Source of the DNA: a virus
Strand: one strand, 5' to 3'
IMG/VR virus record: IMGVR_UViG_3300027749_000055
Span: 1 to 64,000 of that record
Length of the DNA: 64,000 nt
The notes beneath the pieces are model-generated. The model made no database searches. It was not told where the DNA came from and worked only from the letters and a program-made list of their open reading frames with translations. Within the stretch, counting starts at the first letter, position 1; every line of letters begins with the position of its first letter. Position numbers and translations under genes: made by a program. Shown here in pieces: positions 1 to 9,648 of the stretch.

Positions 1-304
1 GGTAGTGAAATAAAACTAGGGGGGGGGGTGGTGGCTATGTCTGTGTACCTGTCCCTGTGCGCCTGTGGCTCTGGGCTGTCGTTGTCCTGCACTCTGATAG
101 CACTTGTCCTATCAAGCCCTATGGGTAGGGGGGGTCTTGTCCTATGGGTGGGCTAGTTGTTTCACTACCCCTAGGGGATTGCTGTATCACTTGGTTCTAT
201 ACCTTGGGCGGTATGGGGTGGAGTAGTGGCTACCCCTCCCGCTATGCCCTGTGCCCTGTGTGTGTGGTTGTGTGCCCCTCTACCCTTGGAGGGTGGGGGA
301 TTGG

Positions 305-517
305 CTACATAAGCAGTTGAAGACGCTCTACGTCTACGCCAGCCTCGGCTAAGTCCTTTAGGCGTGGCTTGATGTAGCCATACTTCTGACTGATGATGAC
401 GGTCTTCAGGGGTGCGCTCACTATGTAGTGCGCCCCGTTGAATCTCGTCTCTAAGCCGTATTTGCGTATGGCTTTGAGAAGTCTGCGTAGTTCGTTGTTG
501 GCGACTTTACTTGTCAT
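305..517 (-). CDS. HicA-like small protein
   Basis: 70 aa with helix then G-x-H (NGAHYIV) strand pattern typical of the HicA fold; start overlaps upstream ORF. Confidence 0.5.
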   Translation of the reverse strand: MTSKVANNELRRLLKAIRKYGLETRFNGAHYIVSAPLKTVIISQKYGYIKPRLKDLAEAGVDVERLQLLM

Positions 518-674
518 TAGTGCCGTCTTTGTGTTCGGGGAATAGCCCGCTTACAAAGACAGCCATTCCGCCGATTGACTCAATGAATTCGACTTCGCTG
601 GCTAGGGCTTCTTCAAGCCTTGCGAGGTTGGACGGGTGGCGCAACTTTGCCTGTGATTCTTCTTGCGTGTTCAT
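507..674 (-). CDS. hypothetical 55-aa protein (MNTQEESQAKLRHP...), below the ORF-track cutoff
   Basis: Translated by hand; ATG at 674 preceded by ATAGGAGGAACC RBS and a promoter at 708-724. Confidence 0.7.
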   Translation of the reverse strand: MNTQEESQAKLRHPSNLARLEEALASEVEFIESIGGMAVFVSGLFPEHKDGTNDK

Positions 675-707
675 TGGTTCCTCCTATGGTTAGACACTTC
701 TACTACG

Positions 708-724
708 AGTGTACCACAGTTGAG
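708..724 (-). promoter_or_regulatory. promoter with CTCAACTGTGG-TACACT motif
   Basis: Extended -10 preceded by the recurrent CAAC box. Confidence 0.6.
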
Positions 725-744
725 TAACAAGTGGTGGATAGATA

Positions 745-803
745 CAACAAAGCCCCCGCCGAAACGGGGACTTGTCGCACCAGAGAAAGGAGGAACCCTA
801 GTG
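745..803 (-). ncRNA. putative anti-SD small RNA 1
   Basis: TTGACG-N16-TAGTGT promoter (836-809); CACTAG/CTGGTG hairpin with loop GGTTCCTCCTTTCT; intrinsic terminator 772-745. Confidence 0.5.
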
Positions 804-842
804 GGACAACACTACGACGGTTTGCTCATACGTCAATAAGTG

Positions 843-1448
843 TTAGTCGCTGAGACGCTTCCTCTGAGCGGGTGCTTGCTCTATCAGGGAATCAAGTTTG
901 CTCATTACGTCGTCCGTATTCGGCGTTTCCAATTCAAGCGTGGAATCTGGCTCGACCACCTCCGCCTCAATGACGTTGTATCCCGACGGCAGAATCGCTC
1001 GCTCGCTGAGTAGGGCTTCAATCTTGCGGTTCACGCTGGAAGCGTCAATTTCAATTGCTCCGCCGTCTGCGCCCGTAATCTCGGTGCGAGATACTCGACC
1101 CCAATCACGGGGGTTTGTGCGCTCTAGATACCACGCAGCGGCTTGCCACGTCTCGTTAGCGGCTTGTCGAATCTTCTCGACGGACTTGATTTCTGCCCAA
1201 GCCCGTGCCTTTTCTACTTCCACGGCAAACCAAACGAACAGTTGTTCGGTTTCGTCCAATTCACGGTCTTCTGCCTCGAAAGAAAGTGTGTTTCCCTTGC
1301 GAACCCACGCCGTAATGGAGGCTGGTGTAATCCCGACGTAGGCGGCTGCGGTGGCTAGGTAATTGCCACGCTTCAGGAGGTCAATAATGGCGTTTGCCAT
1401 TTCCTCGTTGAGAATTGAGGGTCGCCCGCCCTTAGTGTTCTTTGCCAT
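843..1448 (-). CDS. terminase small subunit
   Basis: GGRPS start, HTH, WQAAAWYLER and EITGADGGAI motifs typical of TerS. Confidence 0.8.
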   Translation of the reverse strand: MAKNTKGGRPSILNEEMANAIIDLLKRGNYLATAAAYVGITPASITAWVRKGNTLSFEAEDRELDETEQLFVWFAVEVEKARAWAEIKSVEKIRQAANETWQAAAWYLERTNPRDWGRVSRTEITGADGGAIEIDASSVNRKIEALLSERAILPSGYNVIEAEVVEPDSTLELETPNTDDVMSKLDSLIEQAPAQRKRLSD

Positions 1449-1469
1449 ATCTAAAGGCTATCAGGGGGT

Positions 1470-1592
1470 TTAGAGGTCGTCTATCTGTAGGTTGAGGGAA
1501 TCGAGGGTTGCCTTCATACGGTCTATGCGCTCTCCTAGTGCCCACATCATTACGAAGATTTCGGCGTATTCGAGTTCTTCTTCGGGGGTCAT
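1470..1592 (-). CDS. hypothetical 40-aa protein
   Basis: ATG overlaps upstream stop; MTPEEELEYAE... Confidence 0.45.
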   Translation of the reverse strand: MTPEEELEYAEIFVMMWALGERIDRMKATLDSLNLQIDDL

Positions 1593-2197
1593 TGGATAAG
1601 TGTATGAACTTGGTTGGCTGGCATTGTGTATATGGGCATTTCGGCGTAACGATTCCAACTGGTTTGCTCAAAGCCTTCGTGTTCCCAGAATCCTACCGAT
1701 GTGAGTTCTGGTTCGAACGCAATGCCGAGGTTCTGGCTAGAGGCGACCTTGGCTACTTCGCCTAGTAAAGCCTTGCCTACTCCGCTTGTGGTGTGGGTTG
1801 AGCCGATGTAATGAATGTAGAGTTCCTTTAGTCGGGGTTGAATCATCGTTGCGCCGACAGTCTTGCCTTCCGTATCCTTGGCTACCAGAATGGATACGGG
1901 GGCGTCTGGGTGTTCGTATTCTTCCTTCTCAAAGAGGGATAGGGCGGCGTAGGTCATACGGTATCCGAGCCATAGTTCGTGCTGGCTGGGGTCGGTTGGT
2001 TCTCCCTTGGGGAGTATGTCTATGCCTTGCGCCTTGGCTTGGTCAAGAACGCTTGATTGAGCGTCTCGGATTGCTTCTTCGTCTGTTAGGGGAGTAATCG
2101 AGCCTGTGAACTGCTTAGAGCCTTTGGGGTATCTTCCTGAACCTTCCCCACCTTTGGTAAAGGGGAGTAAAAGTGCGTCGGTGCTAAAGCGGTTCAT
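1589..2197 (-). CDS. leader/KGG-motif protein with GNAT acetyltransferase domain
   Basis: Start re-called at MNRFSTDALLLPFTK|GGEGSGRY; GNAT motif A (SGVGKALL) and FWEHEGF. Confidence 0.8.
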   Translation of the reverse strand: MNRFSTDALLLPFTKGGEGSGRYPKGSKQFTGSITPLTDEEAIRDAQSSVLDQAKAQGIDILPKGEPTDPSQHELWLGYRMTYAALSLFEKEEYEHPDAPVSILVAKDTEGKTVGATMIQPRLKELYIHYIGSTHTTSGVGKALLGEVAKVASSQNLGIAFEPELTSVGFWEHEGFEQTSWNRYAEMPIYTMPANQVHTLIQ

Positions 2198-2214
2198 AGG
2201 TATTTGGTTCCAAT

Positions 2215-5085
2215 TCAGTTCGAGACGATTTGGTTGTTGAACTTCTCTTCGCCACCCAAAATAACTACTTCTCGTTCCTTCAGACAGCCGACACCTGTGA
2301 GGGGTAGTGAAAAAATGCGGTCTGCGGGGACGGTGGCGGAAATGATGTTGCCGTCTAGGTGTTTGCGGTCTTTGGAGGTCAGCCCACCGGCAAAACTTTC
2401 GGCGGATTGACGGGTGGTTGCAAATGACGAGAGTGGTCGAATGTTGATTGTTACCTCTCCCCCTTGCTTCTGCCACTCGGTTTGGGCGTTATACAGTCCT
2501 CGATACAGCGGGAGGTTGGTAATTCCGTGGTCGTTGAGAAATTGTTGGGTGTTGTCGTATTGCGCCTGCAAAAATGCTTTGTAGAGGTCGCCGTTCTTGG
2601 CGGTTTCCTTGTTCAGTTGTTCTTGTTGTTTGGGCGTTATGTCCCAATCGAGGGTTCGTCCAAGCCCGAACTGTTCTTTGGCGGCTTCTTGAATGGCAAG
2701 GGACTTGATTTTGAACGTAGAGGTCGTTCCTATGCCGTTGGAAGAAACTGCCCACAGATTGACAAGTTTGGAAATGGCTGCTTGGCGAATGAGCGAACGC
2801 AGTTCGGGGTCGTCCCCCTTGAAGAATTGTGCGCCTTTGTCTTTGAGGTCTTGGAAATACCAAGTGTTGAATTGGTCGCCGGTTTTACCGAAAAACTGAA
2901 TCTCCGTCTCCACTGCCCCCATTACGCCTTGGACATCTGTTTGCACCATAAAGTTGTTGTCGGCGGTTAATGCCTTCTCCCAATTGCGAAGCGGGGCGGT
3001 TCCAATCGAGATGATTCGAGCCATTGAGAAAAGTTGCTTGTCGAACTTGTCGCCCATACGGTCTGAAATGTCTTTGGCTACCTTGGCTTTGGCAAATTGG
3101 GCGTTTTCCTTGTTGTTCAGGGGGTCGTCGCTAACGTCTTCCTGCTTGTGGGGAAGAATCTTGGTTACTGCGTCGTAGAGACGGGCGTTGTTGAGGTCAG
3201 CGGTGGAAATTTGGCTTGTCCACCCTTCTTTGTGCCGCCCAGACCCAGGCCCGCCCTTTTCGACGTTTAGGTAGTTCTTGCCTATGGGGAGTTGGGCGAT
3301 TGCTTGCATTTCTTCGAGCGTCCAAGTGGAGGTGAACGAGCCTGTAGGGGTTTTGTCGAAGGGGTGGATAATGGGTGCGAGAGTTCTGCCAATAGCCGTG
3401 TGGTAGTTGGTTGCGTCTGCCGTAGAGACACTCTCTAGGTTGGTTTGCCCTGCGACGGTGGCTATGTAGTGTTCCAAAGCCGTTGCAGTGCCAGAAATTT
3501 CGTTAGTTGAGCCTAACTCCGTGATTTTCCAATCTTTGCCCGTGCGGTGTTGGATTGCCCCCATTACGCCAACGATATTGCCGTCTTTGTCTAGGGCGAT
3601 ATACGCCTCACGGTTGTTTTCCTTGTTGAGCATTGCTAAATTGCGTCTCATCATTTGGTAGCCCTCGATAAGCCGTTTGCGTTCGGGGGTCAGTCGCTTC
3701 ACGTTGGCGAGTTCCACAGCCTTTTGGTGGATTTCACTACGGGCTTCATCAAGGGATTTGCCGTTGGGGAGTTTGGTTGCGCCTGATTTGACTTTGATGA
3801 TTGTTCCGCCAGCCTTGTAGAACTTGTTGGCGTTGGTGGTGATGAACTCCGCTACTTCGGGCGTGATTCTACCTACCGTTGTCCACTTACTTCCTTTTGG
3901 GTATCGCCCACTACCGGGCCCACCCTTGGAAACGGGTGAAAAAACTTCACTCGCAACTGCTTTGACTTCGGCGGGGTTCCAATCTAGATATCCGTCTTCA
4001 TCAGTCATCAACCAACCGTCGAAATCCTTTTTACCAAGGTCGCCCCAGAAATCTTCGCCTTCGCCAGAAGGTTCAAGGCGTATTGAAAATCCGTTGTCGC
4101 TGGCGTATTGGAATAATGCTTGTGCCAACGACGCACCTGCGCCTCGAACTTCGCCCGTTGTGCCAAAAAATGAGCAACTCACCGTGTTGGCATAGGGGCG
4201 AAAGCCCAATGCGCCAACTGCCTTGCCGTTAGAGGTGGCTACAAAGGCGTAAGCGTTGCCCAAAGCCTCTAGTGCCATAGTTGCACCGTCGGAATCGGGG
4301 TGGGCGGAGAGAAACGCCTTTAGGTCGTTGGTGTATTGGGTCTTGTCCGTTGCCAGAACAACCTTTCCGCCGTTGGTGGAAAAATAACGAATGGCTTGGG
4401 AATAATCGCTCTCCTTGTGTCGCCCACTGCCTTGCCCGCCTTTGGAAACAATGTGGTCGAGAATGTATTGGGCGAACTTCTCTGGTGCGCCCTCTGGGGA
4501 ACTCATATAGCCCTTAGCGTCTTTGATAATGGCGGGGGTTGCGTCTACTAGGTGGTTGAAGAATAAACCGTTGTTCATCGGCTTTGGCTCTTCACCAAAG
4601 TTAATGCTGGTGATGAGGTCAAGGGCGTGAGGCTCGGTAATAACGCCCCGTGCGTCTAGATACTTGTCTTCGTCTATGGAGAGGACAAAATGGTCTACTT
4701 GTGGCGTTCCCCCTCGCTCGGTGGCACTCTCAATGTGAGAGAGTGAGGTCGTAATGCTTGCCTTCATTACGGCGTTTGGAAAAATGATGTTGAGTGCTTG
4801 TGCGGTCATTAGGCAACCGCCAAAAACGGGTGTGTTGCGAATCTCGGTGCTACCCGTGATAAGTCGGTTCAGTTCTTCGTGAGCCTCTTTGGTTTCCAAA
4901 ACTTTGGCTACTTGCTCTGGGGTGGCTTTTGCGCCTTCAAGCGAACCCTCTTTTCCAAAGGGGAACGCTGGGTGGATTTCAGTGTGCCTGCCACTGCCCG
5001 GCCCGCCTTTTACAATCCTGCCCAGACGAGCCTCGGAAAACGTCGGCATTGACTCTCGAAGAATCTTCGTTAGGTCAATGGTCAT
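2215..5085 (-). CDS. polyprotein: papain-like domain, GNAT, GNAT-like, ADP-ribosyltransferase, separated by KGGxGSGR linkers
   Basis: Start at 5085 (ATGA overlap); GGC...DHF...YLD triad; RGAGASLA; YRG...SSF...EREVV. Confidence 0.8.
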   Translation of the reverse strand: MTIDLTKILRESMPTFSEARLGRIVKGGPGSGRHTEIHPAFPFGKEGSLEGAKATPEQVAKVLETKEAHEELNRLITGSTEIRNTPVFGGCLMTAQALNIIFPNAVMKASITTSLSHIESATERGGTPQVDHFVLSIDEDKYLDARGVITEPHALDLITSINFGEEPKPMNNGLFFNHLVDATPAIIKDAKGYMSSPEGAPEKFAQYILDHIVSKGGQGSGRHKESDYSQAIRYFSTNGGKVVLATDKTQYTNDLKAFLSAHPDSDGATMALEALGNAYAFVATSNGKAVGALGFRPYANTVSCSFFGTTGEVRGAGASLAQALFQYASDNGFSIRLEPSGEGEDFWGDLGKKDFDGWLMTDEDGYLDWNPAEVKAVASEVFSPVSKGGPGSGRYPKGSKWTTVGRITPEVAEFITTNANKFYKAGGTIIKVKSGATKLPNGKSLDEARSEIHQKAVELANVKRLTPERKRLIEGYQMMRRNLAMLNKENNREAYIALDKDGNIVGVMGAIQHRTGKDWKITELGSTNEISGTATALEHYIATVAGQTNLESVSTADATNYHTAIGRTLAPIIHPFDKTPTGSFTSTWTLEEMQAIAQLPIGKNYLNVEKGGPGSGRHKEGWTSQISTADLNNARLYDAVTKILPHKQEDVSDDPLNNKENAQFAKAKVAKDISDRMGDKFDKQLFSMARIISIGTAPLRNWEKALTADNNFMVQTDVQGVMGAVETEIQFFGKTGDQFNTWYFQDLKDKGAQFFKGDDPELRSLIRQAAISKLVNLWAVSSNGIGTTSTFKIKSLAIQEAAKEQFGLGRTLDWDITPKQQEQLNKETAKNGDLYKAFLQAQYDNTQQFLNDHGITNLPLYRGLYNAQTEWQKQGGEVTINIRPLSSFATTRQSAESFAGGLTSKDRKHLDGNIISATVPADRIFSLPLTGVGCLKEREVVILGGEEKFNNQIVSN

Positions 5086-7871
5086 AGCGGTTCCAATTCT
5101 ACAAGAACGTAATTGTTCAAACGGCGATTGTAATTTGTCCATTCTGGCATAGTGGGGTCTTCGGAGAGGGGTGCGTAGGGAACGTCTTTGGTGACGCTGA
5201 CGACCTTGAACGAAGATTCGGGAATTAGCCACTCCGCTTGGTATTTAAAATCCTCTATTGCGTAGGGTTCGGCGTTTACGCCCCGTGCGCCTTGTGGAAT
5301 GTGGAAAACGATGTAATTGTCGCCTCGGTTTCCCATAGGGCTGTTATCGGAAGCGAATTGTTCGCCCACCAACTTCTTGCGTGACCAACTCGAAAACGGC
5401 AACTTGACGGTTTCGCCTACTTGTAGCGACTTTATTAACTTGGGGTAGTCCTCGACGTCTACGTTAATCCCACGCCACAGTTCGGGGGCTTCTTTGTTGG
5501 CTCGCTTGGCAATTTCTTCCAATTCCTCCCGACTAGGGGAGCCCCACCCGTCGCAATTTTCTGTCCACGCTTCAATGGCTTGTTGCTCGGCTTGGGTAAG
5601 GTCGCTCTCCTTGTGCCGACCACTGCCCGGCCCGCCCTTGGTGACTTTAGAAGAAGGCGTGGTGAACGATATGCCAAGTTTGGTCAATGCCTTTACCTGC
5701 GCTGGTGTTGGCTCACCGTCAAACTCCACTCGCTCTATGTCCTTTAGGGATACGCCACCGTGAATCTGCGCCTCGACGTAGGTGTCCAACTTGGCGGAAC
5801 CGTTTTCTATCTCTTTCAACGTGGCGATTGCGTCGTTGTATATACGACTTGCCATTCCGTAGTTATGAAACATTCGAGGCGAGACAAAACCTGACGGTTG
5901 TGGGTCGGTGGCGGACAAGGGGTGATTCGTCCGCCCTAGAATCTTGTCGGTTGTTTTGTGAGCACCGTACATATCGAGGCTGTCTCCAATGGTGACGGTT
6001 GTTCTGTTCTTGACGGAATCTTTGAGAACAAACTTCACTCCGCCATACATAGTGGGGTCGGCTTCGCTTCCCTTGTGGTCTATGTATCCATAGACGGGGT
6101 GCTTACTATCAGGCTCACCCTTCAAACCGAAGAGGACATTTTCGGCTGAATATCTTTGGTATTCACCTTTTTTGCCCCAATATTTGCGTTCCGAAGTTTT
6201 AGATTCGTAGCCATTGAGGATTTTTCCGCTTTGGAGTATTTGGTCAAGGTTTTTTTCGGGAACTCGGATAGAGACGGGGTTCTCGGCAACAAAAGTCTTG
6301 ATTGCCTTAGCCGCTTCTTTTTGGTAGTCCTCTAGCGACCTGTAGCCGAGTTCGGAAAGTGCCTCTAACCCATTCTTTTGATTTTCTTCTCTAGCAGTAG
6401 CCGTGTATTGGAGGGCGTTCCGTCCTGCTTTGGCTCGCAACTTCTGGTTGGCACTTTCCAATCGAGCATTTAGGTCAGTTTCGTTTGACCTACTTGACCC
6501 CTTGTGCCGACCGGAACCAGGCCCGCCTTTGGAAATAGGGGCGATGACGTTCCAGCGGGGGAAATTCTCCTTCATCAAGTCCACGACGGGCGGGGGCGTG
6601 TCGGAGGTCATAATGGCACGGTTCGTTGCCATAGCGTAAGTCTCTGCCACGAACTCGGCGGGGTTTTTTGAGCCGTATTCAGTCATACCCGCTTCTTGAA
6701 GCATTTGGCGTTCGATTTGGTTAAATCCGCCCGTGTAATCCCATACGCCCTTGCCAAAATGGTTGCGCTCGGTGTATTGAATTTCACTGAATCGTTCCTT
6801 CCAATACGCCTCCGACGTCATTTCGTAATACGAATCCCGTTCTTCTTCCGTCAGGTATTCCTGACGGTTCCAAAACTCGTTGCCCTCAATGGCGAGTTCT
6901 GCCATTCCACTAAGCACGGGAACCAACTTGTCGAGGTTCTTTGTGTCCCAATGGAATCCTTCGTCTCGTCCGTCCTGCGCTTTGTCGCTGTAAGAAATTT
7001 CCATATCCCGCTCGAAGGCGTAGTGTCCGAGTTCGTGGGCAATCGTGTTGAAGGCGACTTCGGCTGAGTTGGTGCTAATACCGCCGACTTGGTAGTGGGT
7101 ATAGTCATACTCACGGGTGCTACTAAACGGGGAAAAATGGTCGGGTTGTTCGCCCCCCATAGCCGTTTCAATGTCGTGTCGGACTACGCCCTTGTAGATA
7201 CCCTTGTCGGGAATCAAAATCTGGTGCTGATAGCCAGAATCGGGGCGAGTTCCCGCCGCCATTCCGAGGTTGTTCTCGTAATAGGCGACTGCCGTTCTAC
7301 CACCAAAGTTGCTATTAGAAAAAAACAGTTGTATTCCGCCCTCTGGGTTCAGTTGGTCGAGCGCACTGACGATTTCACTACTTTCTTGGTCAGACGGACT
7401 CCACGCCTCGGAATTGCCCTCTGAATCCTTCGACCACTCCACTTGAACTGCGTTGTCCTTGCTGGTCAAGTAGTTGAGTATGTAATTGTCGGTTGGTTCG
7501 CCCGTCGAGCCATTCAGCACTCGGTCACTGCCAACAAATTTCCAATCCTTCGGCGTTTCCCACGAACAACCGTCGGGGAGACTGCCTGATTCGGGGTGTC
7601 TGCCGGAACCAGGCCCGCCCTTTTTGACCCGTTTTTCCTCTTTCTCCCGTTTTTCCTCTTCACCCAACATCTGAAAAAAATTTACGAACGACTGAATCTT
7701 GTATCGGTCAGCACGGAATCGGTGTCCGGCTTCGATTTCTTCTTGGGCGTGGCGTAGTGCCTCTGCCATTTGTTGTGAGTTCTTGCGCTCTTTGTCTGAT
7801 TGACGAGCGGGCTGGGCGGTTTCGTGCCCTTTTACACCACTACCGACTCCACCTTTGGAAACAGGACGCAT
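5082..7871 (-). CDS. polyprotein: short module, zincin metallopeptidase, DUF3626-like, ADP-ribosyltransferase, separated by KGGxGSG linkers
   Basis: HELGH...EYGSKNPAEFVAE; PVYG...YG...RTTVTIGDS...YVEAQIHGG; WRG...SSWS...QAEW. Confidence 0.8.
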   Translation of the reverse strand: MRPVSKGGVGSGVKGHETAQPARQSDKERKNSQQMAEALRHAQEEIEAGHRFRADRYKIQSFVNFFQMLGEEEKREKEEKRVKKGGPGSGRHPESGSLPDGCSWETPKDWKFVGSDRVLNGSTGEPTDNYILNYLTSKDNAVQVEWSKDSEGNSEAWSPSDQESSEIVSALDQLNPEGGIQLFFSNSNFGGRTAVAYYENNLGMAAGTRPDSGYQHQILIPDKGIYKGVVRHDIETAMGGEQPDHFSPFSSTREYDYTHYQVGGISTNSAEVAFNTIAHELGHYAFERDMEISYSDKAQDGRDEGFHWDTKNLDKLVPVLSGMAELAIEGNEFWNRQEYLTEEERDSYYEMTSEAYWKERFSEIQYTERNHFGKGVWDYTGGFNQIERQMLQEAGMTEYGSKNPAEFVAETYAMATNRAIMTSDTPPPVVDLMKENFPRWNVIAPISKGGPGSGRHKGSSRSNETDLNARLESANQKLRAKAGRNALQYTATAREENQKNGLEALSELGYRSLEDYQKEAAKAIKTFVAENPVSIRVPEKNLDQILQSGKILNGYESKTSERKYWGKKGEYQRYSAENVLFGLKGEPDSKHPVYGYIDHKGSEADPTMYGGVKFVLKDSVKNRTTVTIGDSLDMYGAHKTTDKILGRTNHPLSATDPQPSGFVSPRMFHNYGMASRIYNDAIATLKEIENGSAKLDTYVEAQIHGGVSLKDIERVEFDGEPTPAQVKALTKLGISFTTPSSKVTKGGPGSGRHKESDLTQAEQQAIEAWTENCDGWGSPSREELEEIAKRANKEAPELWRGINVDVEDYPKLIKSLQVGETVKLPFSSWSRKKLVGEQFASDNSPMGNRGDNYIVFHIPQGARGVNAEPYAIEDFKYQAEWLIPESSFKVVSVTKDVPYAPLSEDPTMPEWTNYNRRLNNYVLVELEPL

Positions 7872-7881
7872 TAACCCTCAC

Positions 7882-9618
7882 TTACGCCGAGGTGGTCTTG
7901 AAAATGCCCTTGTCAGACGACCAACCGTATCCTTCGGGAAGCAGGTAGTCACCAATGACGATATTGAAGTTAGCGTCGTTTGTCCACTCGGAGTCCCGTG
8001 CTGTCCGCATAAATTCACGGTCAATCGGTTCTCTAGAAATCTGTCGTGCTGGCTCACCCTGAATCTTGTCCAAGTTCCTAGCACCCGTGAAGTCAGCACC
8101 GACAAGGTTTGCACCTTCAATGTTGGCAAATGCAAGGTCAGCACCGTTGAAGATTGTTTCTGCTTGGTCACGTCTACCGTCAAGTTTTACTTTTGCAAAG
8201 TTGGCATTGGTGAGGTTAGCGTCAATGAATTTGCCACCAATCTCACGACCAGCGAAGTTCACATTGGAAAGATTTGCACCAGAGAAGTCTGCCTTCAACT
8301 CACCACGATAATCTGCCGTGAAGCCCTTGTCATTTACCTTGGGGTCGGCAAATGTTGAGCCACTTAGGTCAGCCATAGCGAACGACGGTAGTTTCATTCC
8401 GTAGGAGTTTGCCTCAAAACCACGCAAGTCGGCATTTCGCAAATCGGCACTTTCAAAGGTGGTGTTCCTTATGTCGGTTCCACCAATTCCCTTAGCGGAA
8501 GCGGCGGTTCGCACCCCTTGAAGATTCGCCCCGTCAAACGAAGCCCTAAAAGGCTTCATTCGTGCAAGGTTCGCACCGGAGAGGTCAGCGTCTTGGAAGT
8601 TTGCCCCCTCCAACTTTGCCCCCGACAAATTGGCATTGACCAAAGTTGCGTTGGAAAAATTGGCTTGTTCGGCGTTTACCTTCGTCAAGTTTGCGTCGGT
8701 AAGGTCTGCGCCTCGGAAACTACCCAATGGGACATACGCCTTAGTGAAATTAGTGCCAATAAGTTTTGCGCCGCTGAAGTCGCTCTCCTTGCCACGTTGT
8801 TCGGTGAAATCCTTGCCGGAAATGTCTTGTCCGGCAAAATCAGCCCTGATGTGCAAATCGCCAGCGACCCGTGCGGTGCTGAAGGTGTCGCTCGTCCATT
8901 CGACGGGTGCGGTGGGGAAACAGTGGGTGCAAAGCGTTGAGCCACCTTGGGCAACGGCTTCTTCTTCGGTCAAACCAGAAAAACGAGGCAACCATACAAA
9001 AGAAGTAGGGGTTATGCCGTTATTGCAAGAATGGCACTCCATTGACGAGTGAATGTGACCGTCTTGAACTCCAAAGTATCGGTTCCAACCCTCATAGTGG
9101 GAGTCGGCTTCCTCATAAACGGCACGGGCGGTGTCACGGGCTTCCTTGGTCTTTTCAAGTTCCGCCATAGATTTATCAAAATCTTCTTTGTAGTTGCGAG
9201 GCGACCCATACTGATTCTTTTCGGGAAACTCACCAAACTTGCCAGCGAGCCGTGCTTCGATAAGTTGGAACGCCTTTGGGTTCACCATTTGCTCGCCCGT
9301 GACGGTGGTGTAGACAGTCCGTTGTTGCTTGCCGTAGCCCTCCTTCTTTACTTCTACGCCTTGCTTTGCATACATAGCGGCACGTTCCTCGGCAACCATT
9401 TTGTCTGCAACCGTTCCCTGAAACTTGTAATACTTCTCGGCAATGTCGGTGTCTATACGCACCATTTCTTCACGGTCAGTGATTTTGCCGTTGGTGTTCA
9501 CTCCGGCGGGGTAACGACCTGTCCCCTCAGGGTGACGACCCGAACCAGGCCCACCTTTAGCAACGGGGTAGTTGCTCAACGGGCGCAACAGTTCTGAGGT
9601 TGAGAACGGGGTCTTCAT
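7882..9618 (-). CDS. leader/KGG-motif protein with Cys/His zinc domain and pentapeptide repeats
   Basis: MKTPFSTSELLRPLSNYPVAK|GGPGSGRH; GHIHSSMECHSC...LCTHCFP; many A(N/D)(L/F)xx pentapeptides. Confidence 0.85.
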   Translation of the reverse strand: MKTPFSTSELLRPLSNYPVAKGGPGSGRHPEGTGRYPAGVNTNGKITDREEMVRIDTDIAEKYYKFQGTVADKMVAEERAAMYAKQGVEVKKEGYGKQQRTVYTTVTGEQMVNPKAFQLIEARLAGKFGEFPEKNQYGSPRNYKEDFDKSMAELEKTKEARDTARAVYEEADSHYEGWNRYFGVQDGHIHSSMECHSCNNGITPTSFVWLPRFSGLTEEEAVAQGGSTLCTHCFPTAPVEWTSDTFSTARVAGDLHIRADFAGQDISGKDFTEQRGKESDFSGAKLIGTNFTKAYVPLGSFRGADLTDANLTKVNAEQANFSNATLVNANLSGAKLEGANFQDADLSGANLARMKPFRASFDGANLQGVRTAASAKGIGGTDIRNTTFESADLRNADLRGFEANSYGMKLPSFAMADLSGSTFADPKVNDKGFTADYRGELKADFSGANLSNVNFAGREIGGKFIDANLTNANFAKVKLDGRRDQAETIFNGADLAFANIEGANLVGADFTGARNLDKIQGEPARQISREPIDREFMRTARDSEWTNDANFNIVIGDYLLPEGYGWSSDKGIFKTTSA

Positions 9619-9648
9619 AGCCCCTAGATTACACCAGCGATTTTGAAT

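Noticed and set aside
1416-1440. TKGGRPS in TerS as a linker copy
   Set aside because: Ordinary GGRP N-terminal motif of small terminases
2215-7871. Inteins or 2A-like ribosomal skipping as explanation for the linkers
   Set aside because: No C/S...HN intein ends and no DxExNPGP motif
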